Notes under the pieces: generated by a model | The model's input: only the letters and a program-made list of their open reading frames with translations | The model's database searches: none | Told to the model about the DNA's origin: nothing | In this document: piece by piece, positions 25,201-38,644 of the stretch | How the letters are laid out: every line of letters starts with the position of its first letter | How positions within the stretch are numbered: the first letter of the stretch is position 1 | Assembly (NCBI GenBank): GCA_964057225.1 | Contig: OZ059900.1 | Coordinates: 19,840,001 to 19,904,000, forward strand | Length of the DNA stretch: 64,000 nucleotides | Direction of reading: 5' to 3' | DNA from: Auanema rhodensis | Lineage: Eukaryota; Animalia; Nematoda | Position numbers and translations under genes: made by a program

Positions 25201-28200
25201 GACGTTGTACGAACATTTTTGAGCTATGTTTCATTGACATTGCATGAGTTTGAACACATGAAATCGTAAGTCAAAACCTTGTTTACAGCGAAATTTCCAA
25301 AAACTGGTTTTCCAGCATAATAAAATATTTCTCATGGGAAATACTGTGTTTTTGTATTTTTCTAGTGTTCAGCATGTAAAATGCTTCATTTTAGTATGTA
25401 CCACGCTGAAATTCGTTGCATTTGACGAATCATATGAACAAAAATCGATTTAATCAATATTAGCCATAAGGGGCGTGCCCTCAGAATATGCTAATTTCCT
25501 TAATTTTCTAACCCCTGTTTTTTTGTCGTGAAAGTGGAACTAGACGTTGTACGAACAATTTTGAGCTAGGTTTCATTGACATTGCATGAGTTTGAACACA
25601 TGATATCGTAAGTCAAAACCTTGTTTACAGCGAAATTTCCAAAAACTGGTTTTCCAGCATAATAAAATATTTCTCATGGGAAATACTGTGTTTTTGTATT
25701 TTTCTAGTGTTCAGCATGTAAAATGCTTCATTTTAGTATGTAACACGCTGAAATTCGTTGCATTTGACGAATCATATGAACAAAAATCGATTTAATCAAT
25801 ATTAGCCATAAGGGGCGTGCCCTCAGAATATGCTAATTTCCTTAATTTTCTAACCCCTGTTTTTTTGTCGTGAAAGTGGAACTAGACGTTGTACGAACAA
25901 TTTTGAGCTAGGTTTCATTGACATTGCATGAGTTTGAACACATGAAATCGTAAGTCAAAACCTTGTTTACAGCGAAATTTCCAAAAACTGGTTTTCCAGC
26001 ATAATAAAATATTTCTCATGGGAAATACTGTGTTTTTGTATTTTTCTAGTGTTCAGCATGTAAAATGCTTCATTTTAGTATGTAACACGCTGAAATTCGT
26101 TGCATTTGACGAATCATATGAACAAAAATCGATTTAATCAATATTAGCCATAAGGGGCGTGCCCTCAGAATATGCTAATTTCCTTAATTTTCTAACCCCT
26201 GTTTTTTTGTCGTGAAAGTGGAACTAGACGTTGTACGAACAATTTTGAGCTAGGTTTCATTGACATTGCATGAGTTTGAACACATGAAATCGTAAGTCAA
26301 AACCTTGTTTACAGCGAAATTTCCAAAAACTGGTTTTCCAGCATAATAAAATATTTCTCATGGGAAATACTGTGTTTTTGTATTTTTCTAGTGTTCAGCA
26401 TGTAAAATGCTTCATTTTAGTATGTAACACGCTACAATTCGTTGCATTTGACGACTCATATGAACAAAAATCGATTTAATCAATATTAGCCATAAGGGGC
26501 GTGCCCTCAGAATATGCTAATTTCCTTAATTTTCTAACCCCTGTTTTTTTGTCGTGAAAGTGGAACTAGACGTTGTACGAACAATTTTGAGCTAGGTTTC
26601 ATTGACATTGCATGAGTTTGAACACATGAAATCGTAAGTCAAAACCTTGTTTACAGCGAAATTTCCAAAAACTGGTTTTCCAGCATAATAAAATATTTCT
26701 CATGGGAAATACTGTGTTTTTGTATTTTTCTAGTGTTCAGCATGTAAAATGCTTCATTTTAGTATGTAACACGCTGAAAGTCGTTGCATTTGACGACTCA
26801 TATGAACAAAAATCGATTTAATCAATATTAGCCATAAGGGGCGTGCCCTCAGAATATGCTAATTTCCTTAGTTTTCTAACCCCTGTTTTTTTGTCGTGAA
26901 AGTGGAACTAGACGTTGTACGAACAATTTTGAGCTAGGTTTCATTGACATTGCATGAGTTTGAACACATGAAATCGTAAGTCAAAACCTTGTTTACAGCG
27001 AAATTTCCAAAAACTGGTTTTCCAGCATAATAAAATATTTCTCATGGGAAATACTGTGTTTTTGTATTTTTCTAGTGTTCAGCATGTAAAATGCTTCATT
27101 TTAGTATGTAACACGCTGAAATTCGTTGCATTTGACGACTCATATGAACAAAAATCGATTTAATCAATATTAGCCATAAGGGGCGTGCCCTCAGACTATG
27201 CTAATTTCCTTAGTTTTCTAACCCCTGTTTTTTTGTCGTGAAAGTGGAACTAGACGTTGTACGAACAATTTTGAGCTAGGTTTCATTGACATTGCATGAG
27301 TTTGAACACATGAAATCGTAAGTCAAAACCTTGTTTACAGCGAAATTTCCAAAAACTGGTTTTCCAGCATAATAAAATATTTCTCATGGGAAATACTGTG
27401 TTTTTGTATTTTTCTAGTGTTCAGCATGTAAAATGCCTCATTTTAGTATGTAACACGCTGAAATTCGTTGCATTTGACGACTCATATGAACAAAAATCGA
27501 TTTAATCAATATTAGCCATAAGGGGCGTGCCCTCAGAATATGCTAATTTCCTTAATTTTCTAACCCCTGTTTTTTTGTCGTGAAAGTGGAACTAGACGTT
27601 GTACGAACATTTTTGAGCTATGTTTCATTGACATTGCATGAGTTTGAACACATGAAATCGTAAGTCAAAACCTTGTTTACAGCGAAATTTCCAAAAACTG
27701 GTTTTCCAGCATAATAAAATATTTCTCATGGGAAATACTGTGTTTTTGTATTTTTCTAGTGTTCAGCATGTAAAATGCTTCATTTTAGTATGTAACACGC
27801 TGAAAGTCGTTACATTTGACGACTCATATGAACAAAAATCGATTTAATCAATATTAGCCATAAGGGGCGTGCCCTCAGAATATGCTAATTTCCTTAGTTT
27901 TCTAACCCCTGTTTTTTTGTCGTGAAAGTGGAACTAGACGTTGTACGAACAATTTTGAGCTAGGTTTCATTGACATTGCATGAGTTTGAACACATGAAAT
28001 CGTAAGTCAAAACCTTGTTTACAGCGAAATTTCCAAAAACTGGTTTTCCAGCATAATAAAATATTTCTCATGGGAAATACTGTGTTTTTGTATTTTTCTA
28101 GTGTTCAGCATGTAAAATGCTTCATTTTAGTATGTAACACGCTGAAATTCGTTGCATTTGACGAATCATATGAACAAAAATCGATTTAATCAATATTAGC

Positions 28201-31200
28201 CATAAGGGGCGTGCCCTCAGAATATGCTAATTTCCTTAATTTTCTAACCCCTGTTTTTTTGTCGTGAAAGTGGAACTAGACGTTGTACGAACAATTTTGA
28301 GCTAGGTTTCATTGACATTGCATGAGTTTGAACACATGAAATCGTAAGTCAAAACCTTGTTTACAGCGAAATTTCCAAAAACTGGTTTTCCAGCATAATA
28401 AAATATTTCTCATGGGAAATACTGTGTTTTTGTATTTTTCTAGTGTTCAGCATGTAAAATGCTCCATTTTAGTATGTAACACGCTGAAATTCGTTGCATT
28501 TGACGACTCATATGAACAAAAATCGATTTAATCAATATTAGCCATAAGGGGCGTGCCCTCAGAATATGCTAATTTCCTTAGTTTTCTAACCCCTGTTTTT
28601 TTGTCGTGAAAGTGGAACTAGACGTTGTACGAACAATTTTGAGCTAGGTTTCATTGACATTGCATGAGTTTGAACACATGAAATCGTAAGTCAAAACCTT
28701 GTTTACAGCGAAATTTCCAAAAACTGGTTTTCCAGCATAATAAAATATTTCTCATGGGAAATACTGTGTTTTTGTATTTTTCTAGTGTTCAGCATGTAAA
28801 ATGCTTCATTTTAGTATGTAACACGCTGAAATTCGTTGCATTTGACGACTCATATGAACAAAAATCGATTTAATCAATATTAGCCATAAGGGGCGTGCCC
28901 TCAGAATATGCTAATTTCCTTAATTTTCTAACCCCTGTTTTTTTGTCGTGAAAGTGGAACTAGACGTTGTACGAACATTTTTGAGCTATGTTTCATTGAC
29001 AATGCATGAGTTTGAACACATGAAATCGTAAGTCAAAACCTTGTTTACAGCGAAATTTCCAAAAACTGGTTTTCCAGCATAATAAAATATTTCTCATGGG
29101 AAATACTGTGTTTTTGTATTTTTCTAGTGTTCAGCATGTAAAATGCTTCATTTTAGTATGTAACACGCTGAAATTCGTTGCATTTGACGACTCATATGAA
29201 CAAAAATCGATTTAATCAATATTAGCCATAAGGGGCGTGCCCTCAGAATATGCTAATTTCCTTAATTTTCTAACCCCTGTTTTTTCGTCGTGAAAGTGGA
29301 ACTAGACGTTGTACGAACAATTTTGAGCTAGGTTTCATTGACATTGCATGAGTTTGAACACATGAAATCGTAAGTCAAAACCTTGTTTACAGCGAAATTT
29401 CCAAAAACTGGTTTTCCAGCATAATAAAATATTTCTCATGGGAAATACTGTGTTTTTGTATTTTTCTAGTGTTCAGCATGTAAAATGCTTCCTTTTAGTA
29501 TGTAACACGCTGAAATTCGTTGCATTTGACGACTCATATGAACAAAAATCGATTTAATCAATATTAGCCATAAGGGGCGTGCCCTCAGAATATGCTAATT
29601 TCCTTAGTTTTCTAACCCCTGTTTTTTTGTCGTGAAAGTGGAACTAGACGTTGTACGAACAATTTTGAGCTAGGTTTCATTGACATTGCATGAGTTTGAA
29701 CACATGAAATCGTAAGTCAAAACCTTGTTTACAGCGAAATTTCCAAAAACTGGTTTTCCAGCATAATAAAATATTTCTCATGGGAAATACTGTGTTTTTG
29801 TATTTTTCTAGTGTTCAGCATGTAAAATGCTTCATTTTAGTATGTAACACGCTGAAATTCGTTGCATTTGACGACTCATATGAACAAAAATCGATTTAAT
29901 CAATATTAGCCATAAGGGGCGTGCCCTCAGAATATGCTAATTTCCTTAATTTTCTAACCCCTGTTTTTTTGTCGTGAAAGTGGAACTAGACGTTGTACGA
30001 ACAATTTTGAGCTAGGTTTCATTGACATTGCATGAGTTTGAACACATGAAATCGTAAGTCAAAACCTTGTTTACAGCGAAATTTCCAAAAACTGGTTTTC
30101 CAGCATAATAAAATATTTCTCATGAGAAATACTGTGTTTTTGTATTTTTCTAGTGTTCAGCATGTAAAATGCTTCATTTTAGTATGTAACACGCTGAAAT
30201 TCGTTGCATTTGACGACTCATATGAACAAAAATCGATTTAATCAATATTAGCCATAAGGGGCGTGCCCTCAGAATATGCTAATTTCCTTAATTTTCTAAC
30301 CCCTGTTTTTTTGTCGTGAAAGTGGAACTAGACGTTGTACGAACAATTTTGAGCTAGGTTTCATTGACATTGCATGAGTTTGAACACATGAAATCGTAAG
30401 TCAAAACCTTGTTTACAGCGAAATTTCCAAAAACTGGTTTTCCAGCATAATAAAATATTTCTCATGGGAAATACTGTGTTTTTGTATTTTTCTAGTGTTC
30501 AGCATGTAAAATGCTTCATTTTAGTATGTAACACGCTGAAATTCGTTGCATTTGACGACTCATATGAACAAAAATCGATTTAATCAATATTAGCCATAAG
30601 GGGCGTGCCCTCAGAATATGCTAATTTCCTTAATTTTCTAACCCTTGTTTTTTTGTCGTGAAAGTGGAACTAGACGTTGTACGAACAATTTTGAGCTAGG
30701 TTTCATTGACATTGCATGAGTTTGAACACATGAAATCGTAAGTCAAAACCTTGTTTACAGCGAAATTTCCAAAAACTGGTTTTCCAGCATAATAAAATAT
30801 TTCTCATGGGAAATACTGTGTTTTTGTATTTTTCTAGTGTTCAGCATGTAAAATGCTTCATTTTAGTATGTAACACGCTGAAATTCGTTGCATTTGACGA
30901 CTCATATGAACAAAAATCGATTTAATCAATATTAGCCATAAGGGGCGTGCCCTCAGAATATGCTAATTTCCTTAATTTTCTAACCCCTGTTTTTTTGTCG
31001 TGAAAGTGGAACTAGACGTTGTACGAACAATTTTGAGCTAGGTTTCATTGACATTGCATGAGTTTGAACACATGAAATCGTAAGTCAAAACCTTGTTTAC
31101 AGCGAAATTTCCAAAAACTGGTTTTCCAGCATAATAAAATATTTCTCATGGGAAATACTGTGTTTTTGTATTTTTCTAGTGTTTAGCATGTAAAATGCTT

Positions 31201-34200
31201 CATTTTAGTATGTAACACGCTGAAATTCGTTGCATTTGACGACTCATATGAACAAAAATCGATTTAATCAATATTAGCCATAAGGGGCGTGCCCTCAGAA
31301 TATGCTAATTTCCTTAATTTTCTAACCCCTGTTTTTTTGTCGTGAAAGTGGAACTAGACGTTGTACGAACAATTTTGAGCTAGGTTTCATTGACATTGCA
31401 TGAGTTTGAACACATGAAATCGTAAGTCAAAACCTTGTTTACAGCGAAATTTCCAAAAACTGGTTTTCCAGCATAATAAAATATTTCTCATGGGAAATAC
31501 TGTGTTTTTGTATTTTTCTAGTGTTCAGCATGTAAAATGCTTCATTTTAGTATGTAACACGCTGAAAGTCGTTGCATTTAACGACTCATATGAACAAAAA
31601 TCGATTTAATCAATATTAGCCATAAGGGGCGTGCCCTCAGAATATGCTAATTTCCTTAGTTTTCTAACCCCTGTTTTTTTGTCGTGAAAGTGGAACTAGA
31701 CGTTGTACGAACAATTTTGAGCTAGGTTTCATTGACATTGCATGAGTTTGAACACATGAAATCGTAAGTCAAAACCTTGTTTACAGCGAAATTTCCAAAA
31801 ACTGGTTTTCCAGCATAATAAAATATTTCTCATGGGAAATACTGTGTTTTTGTATTTTTCTAGTGTTCAGCATGTAAAATGCTTCATTTTAGTATGTAAC
31901 ACGCTGAAATTCGTTGCATTTGACGAATCATATGAACAAAAATCGATTTAATCAATATTAGCCATAAGGGGCGTGCCCTCAGAATATGCTAATTTCCTTA
32001 ATTTTCTAACCCCTGTTTTTTTGTCGTGAAAGTGGAACTAGACGTTGTACGAACAATTTTGAGCTAGGTTTCATTGACATTGCATGAGTTTGAACACATG
32101 AAATCGTAAGTCAAAACCTTGTTTACAGCGAAATTTCCAAAAACTGGTTTTCCAGCATAATAAAATATTTCTCATGGGAAATACTGTGTTTTTGTATTTT
32201 TCTAGTGTTCAGCATGTAAAATGCTTCATTTTAGTATGTAACACGCTGAAAGTCGTTGCATTTGACGACTCATATGAACAAAAATCGATTTAATCAATAT
32301 TAGCCATAAGGGGCGTGCCCTCAGAATATGCTAATTTCCTTAGTTTTCTAACCCCTGTTTTTTTGTCGTGAAAGTGGAACTAGACGTTGTACGAACAATT
32401 TTGAGCTAGGTTTCATTGACATTGCATGAGTTTGAACACATGACATCGTAAGTCAAAACCTTGTTTACAGCGAAATTACCAAAAACTGGTTTTCCAGCAT
32501 AATAAAATATTTCTCATGGGAAATACTGTGTTTTTGTATTTTTCTAGTGTTCAGCATGTAAAATGCTTCATTTTAGTATGTAACACGCTGAAATTCGTTG
32601 CATTTGACGACTCATATGAACAAAAATCGATTTAATCAATATTAGCCATAAGGGGCGTGCCCTCAGAATATGCTAATTTCCTTAATTTTCTAACCCCTGT
32701 TTTTTTGTCGTGAAAGTGGAACTAGACGTTGTACGAACAATTTTGAGCTAGGTTTCATTGACATTGCATGAGTTTGAACACATGAAATCGTAGGTCAAAA
32801 CCTTGTTTACAGCGAAATTTCCAAAAACTGGTTTTCCAGCATAATAAAATATTTCTCATGGGAAATACTGTGTTTTTGTATTTTTCTAGTGTTCAGCATG
32901 TAAAATGCTTCATTTTAGTATGTAACACGCTGAAATTCGTTGCATTTGACGACTCATATGAACAAAAATCGATTTAATCAATATTAGCCATAAGGGGCGT
33001 GCCCTCAGAATATGCTAATTTCCTTAGTTTTCTAACCCCTGTTTTTTTGTCGTGAAAGTGGAACTAGACGTTGTACGAACAATTTTGAGCTAGGTTTCAT
33101 TGACATTGCATGAGTTTGAACACATGAAATCGTAAGTCAAAACCTTGTTTACAGCGAAATTTCCAAAAACTGGTTTTCCAGCATAATAAAATATTTCTCA
33201 TGGGAAATACTGTGTTTTTGTATTTTTCTAGTGTTCAGAATGTAAAATGCTTCATTTTAGTATGTAACACGCTGAAATTCGTTGCATTTGACGACTCATA
33301 TGAACAAAAATCGATTTAATCAATATTAGCCATAAGGGGCGTGCCCTCAGAATATGCTAATTTCCTTAGTTTTCTAACCCCTGTTTTTTTGTCGTGAAAG
33401 TGGAACTAGACGTTGTACGAACAATTTTGAGCTAGGTTTCATTGACATTGCATGAGTTTGAACACATGAAATCGTAAGTCAAAACCTTGTTTACAGCGAA
33501 ATTTCCAAAAACTGGTTTTCCAGCATAATAAAATATTTCTCATGGGAAATACTGTGTTTTTGTATTTTTCTAGTGTTCAGCATGTAAAATGCTTCCTTTT
33601 AGTATGTAACACGCTGAAATTCGTTGCATTTGACGACTCATATGAACAAAAATCGATTTAATCAATATTAGCCATAAGGGGCGTGCCCTCAGAATATGCT
33701 AATTTCCTTAGTTTTCTAACCCCTGTTTTTTTGTCGTGAAAGTGGAACTAGACGTTGTACGAACAATTTTGAGCTAGGTTTCATTGACATTGCATGAGTT
33801 TGAACACATGACATCGTAAGTCAAAACCTTGTTTACAGCGAAATTACCAAAAACTGGTTTTCCAGCATAATAAAATATTTCTCATGGGAAATACTGTGTT
33901 TTTGTATTTTTCTAGTGTTCAGCATGTAAAATGCTTCATTTTAGTATGTAACACGCTGAAATTCGTTGCATTTGACGACTCATATGAACAAAAATCGATT
34001 TAATCAATATTAGCCATAAGGGGCGTGCCCTCAGAATATGCTAATTTCCTTAATTTTCTAACCCCTGTTTTTTTGTCGTGAAAGTGGAACTAGACGTTGT
34101 ACGAACAATTTTGAGCTAGGTTTCATTGACATTGCATGAGTTTGAACACATGAAATCGTAGGTCAAAACCTTGTTTACAGCGAAATTTCCAAAAACTGGT

Positions 34201-37200
34201 TTTCCAGCATAATAAAATATTTCTCATGGGAAATACTGTGTTTTTGTATTTTTCTAGTGTTCAGCATATAAAATGCTTCATTTTAGTATGTAACACGCTC
34301 TAATTCGTTGCATTTGACGAATCATATGAACAAAAATCGATTTAATCAATATTAGCCATAAGGGGCGTGCCCTCAGAATATGCTAATTTTCTTAATTTTC
34401 TAACCCCTGTTTTTTTGTCGTGAAAGTGGAACTAGACGTTGTACGAACAATTTTGAGCTAGGTTTCATTGACATTGCATGAGTTTGAACACATGAAATCG
34501 TAAGTCAAAACCTTGTTTACAGCGAAATTTCCAAAAACTGGTTTTCCAGCATAATAAAAACTTTCTCATGGGAAATACTGTGTTTTTGTATTTTTCTAGT
34601 GTTCAGCATGTAAAATGCTTCATTTTAGTATGTAACACGCTGAAATTCGTTGCATTTGACGACTCATATGAACAAAAATCGATTTAATCAATATTAGCCA
34701 TAAGGGGCGTGCCCTCAGAATATGCTAATTTCCTTAGTTTTCTAACCCCTGTTTTTTTGTCGTGAAAGTGGAACTAGACGTTGTACGAACAATTTTGAGC
34801 TAGGTTTCATTGACATTGCATGAGTTTGAACACATGAAATCGTAAGTCAAAACCTTGTTTACAGCGAAATTTCCAAAAACTGGTTTTCCAGCATAATAAA
34901 ATATTTCTCATGGGAAATACTGTGTTTTTGTATTTTTCTAGTGTTCAGCATGTAAAATGCTTTATTTTAGTATGTAACACGCTGAAATTCGTTGCATTTG
35001 ACGACTCATATGAACAAAAATCGATTTAATCAATATTAGCCATAAGGGGCGTGCCCTCAGAATATGCTAATTTCCTTAGTTTTCTAACCCCTGTTTTTTT
35101 GTCGTGAAAGTGGAACTAGACGTTGTACGAACAATTTTGAGCTAGGTTTCATTGACATTGCATGAGTTTGAACACATGAAATCGTAAGTCAAAACCTTGT
35201 TTACAGCGAAATTTCCAAAAACTGGTTTTCCAGCATAATAAAATATTTCTCATGGGAAATACTGTGTTTTTGTATTTTTCTAGTGTTCAGCATGTAAAAT
35301 GCTTCCTTTTAGTATGTAACACGCTGAAATTCGTTGCATTTGACGACTCATATGAACAAAAATCGATTTAATCAATATTAGCCATAAGGGGCGTGCCCTC
35401 AGAATATGCTAATTTCCTTAGTTTTCTAACCCCTGTTTTTTTGTCGTGAAAGTGGAACTAGACGTTGTACGAACAATTTTGAGCTAGGTTTCATTGACAT
35501 TGCATGAGTTTGAACACATGAAATCGTAAGTCAAAACCTTGTTTACAGCGAAATTTCCAAAAACTGGTTTTCCAGCATAATAAAATATTTCTCATGGGAA
35601 ATACTGTGTTTTTGTATTTTTCTAGTGTTCAGCATGTAAAATGCTTCATTTTAGTATGTAACACGCTGAAATTCGTTGCATTTGACGACTCATATGAACA
35701 AAAATCGATTTAATCAATATTAGCCATAAGGGGCGTGCCCTCAGAATATGCTAATTTCCTTAATTTTCTAACCCCTGTTTTTTTGTCGTGAAAGTGGAAC
35801 TAGACGTTGTACGAACAATTTTGAGCTATGTTTCATTGACATTGCATGAGTTTGAACACATGAAATCGTAAGTCAAAACCTTGTTTACAGCGAAATTTCC
35901 AAAAACTGGTTTTCCAGCATAATAAAATATTTCTCATGGGAAATACTGTGTTTTTGTATTTTTCTAGTGTTCAGCATGTAAAATGCTTCATTTTAGTATG
36001 TAACACGCTGAAATTCGTTGCATTTGACGACTCATATGAACAAAAATCGATTTAATCAATATTAGCCATAAGGGGCGTGCCCTCAGAATATGCTAATTTC
36101 CTTAATTTTCTAACCCCTGTTTTTTTGTCGTGAAAGTGGAACTAGACGTTGTACGAACAATTTTGAGCTAGGTTTCATTGACATTGCATGAGTTTGAACA
36201 CATGAAATCGTAAGTCAAAACCTTGTTTACAGCGAAATTTCCAAAAACTGGTTTTCCAGCATAATAAAATATTTCTCATGGGAAATACTGTGTTTTTGTA
36301 TTTTTCTAGTGTTCAGCATGTAAAATGCTTCATTTTAGTATGTAACACGCTGAAATTCGTTGCATTTGACGACTCTGATGAACAAAAATCGATTTAATCA
36401 ATATTAGCCATAAGGGGCGTGCCCTCAGAATATGCTAATTTCCTTAGTTTTCTAACCCCTGTTTTTTTGTCGTGAAAGTGGAACTAGACGTTGTACGAAC
36501 AATTTTGAGCTAGGTTTCATTGACATTGCATGAGTTTGAACACATGAAATCGTAAGTCAAAACCTTGTTTACAGCGAAATTTCCAAAAACTGGTTTTCCA
36601 GCATAATAAAATATTTCTCATGGGAAATACTGTGTTTTTGTATTTTTATAGTGTTCAGCATGTAAAATGCTTCATTTTAGTATGTAACACGCTGAAATTC
36701 GTTGCATTTGACGACTCATATGAACAAAAATCGATTTAATCAATATTAGCCATAAGGGGCGTGCCCTCAGAATATGCTAATTTCCTTAATTTTCTAACCC
36801 TTGTTTTTTTGTCGTGAAAGTGGAACTAGACGTTGTACGAACAATTTTGAGCTAGGTTTCATTGACATTGCATGAGTTTGAACACATGAAATCGTAAGTC
36901 AAAACCTTGTTTACAGCGAAATTTCCAAAAACTGGTTTTCCAGCATAATAAAATATTTCTCATGGGAAATACTGTGTTTTTGTATTTTTCTAGTGTTCAG
37001 CATGTAAAATGCTTCATTTTAGTATGTAACACGCTGAAATTCGTTGCATTTGACGACTCATATGAACAAAAATCGATTTAATCAATATTAGCCATAAGGG
37101 GCGTGCCCTCAGAATATGCTAATTTCCTTAATTTTCTAACCCCTGTTTTTTTGTCGTGAAAGTGGAACTAGACGTTGTACGAACAATTTTGAGCTAGGTT

Positions 37201-38644
37201 TCATTGACATTGCATGAGTTTGAACACATGAAATCGTAAGTCAAAACCTTGTTTACAGCGAAATTTCCAAAAACTGGTTTTCCAGCATAATAAAATATTT
37301 CTCATGGGAAATACTGTGTTTTTGTATTTTTCTAGTGTTCAGCATGTAAAATGCTTCATTTTAGTATGTAACACGCTGAAATTCGTTGCATTTGACGACT
37401 CATATGAACAAAAATCGATTTAATCAATATTAGCCATAAGGGGCGTGCCCTCAGAATATGCTAATTTCCTTAATTTTCTAACCCCTGTTTTTTTGTCGTG
37501 AAAGTGGAACTAGACGTTGTACGAACAATTTTGAGCTAGGTTTCATTGACATTGCATGAGTTTGAACACATGAAATCGTAAGTCAAAACCTTGTTTACAG
37601 CGAAATTTCCAAAAACTGGTTTTCCAGCATAATAAAATATTTCTCATGGGAAATACTGTGTTTTTGTATTTTTCTAGTGTTCAGCATGTAAAATGCTTCA
37701 TTTTAGTATGTAACACGCTGAAAGTCGTTGCATTTGACGACTCATATGAACAAAAATCGATTTAATCAATATTAGCCATAAGGGGCGTGCCCTCAGAATA
37801 TGCTAATTTCCTTAGTTTTCTAACCCCTGTTTTTTTGTCGTGAAAGTGGAACTAGACGTTGTACGAACAATTTTGAGCTAGGTTTCATTGACATTGCATG
37901 AGTTTGAACACATGAAATCGTAAGTCAAAACCTTGTTTACAGCGAAATTTCCAAAAACTGGTTTTCCAGCATAATAAAATATTTCTCATGGGAAATACTG
38001 TGTTTTTGTATTTTTCTAGTGTTCAGCATGTAAAATGCTTCATTTTAGTATGTAACACGCTGAAATTCGTTGCATTTGACGAATCATATGAACAAAAATC
38101 GATTTAATCAATATTAGCCATAAGGGGCGTGCCCTCAGAATATGCTAATTTCCTTAATTTTCTAACCCCTGTTTTTTTGTCGTGAAAGTGGAACTAGACG
38201 TTGTACGAACAATTTTGAGCTAGGTTTCATTGACATTGCATGAGTTTGAACACATGAAATCGTAAGTCAAAACCTTGTTTACAGCGAAATTTCCAAAAAC
38301 TGGTTTTCCAGCATAATAAAATATTTCTCATGGGAAATACTGTGTTTTTGTATTTTTCTAGTGTTCAGCATGTAAAATGCTTCATTTTAGTATGTAACAC
38401 GCTGAAAGTCGTTGCATTTGACGACTCATATGAACAAAAATCGATTTAATCAATATTAGCCATAAAGGGCGTGCCCTCAGAATATGCTAATTTCCTTAAT
38501 TTTCTAACCCCTGTTTTTTTGTCGTGAAAGTGGAACTAGACGTTGTACGAACAATTTTGAGCTAGGTTGCATTGACATTGCATGAGTTTGAACACATGAA
38601 ATCGTAAGTCAAAACCTTGTTTACAGCGAAATTTCCAAAAACTG

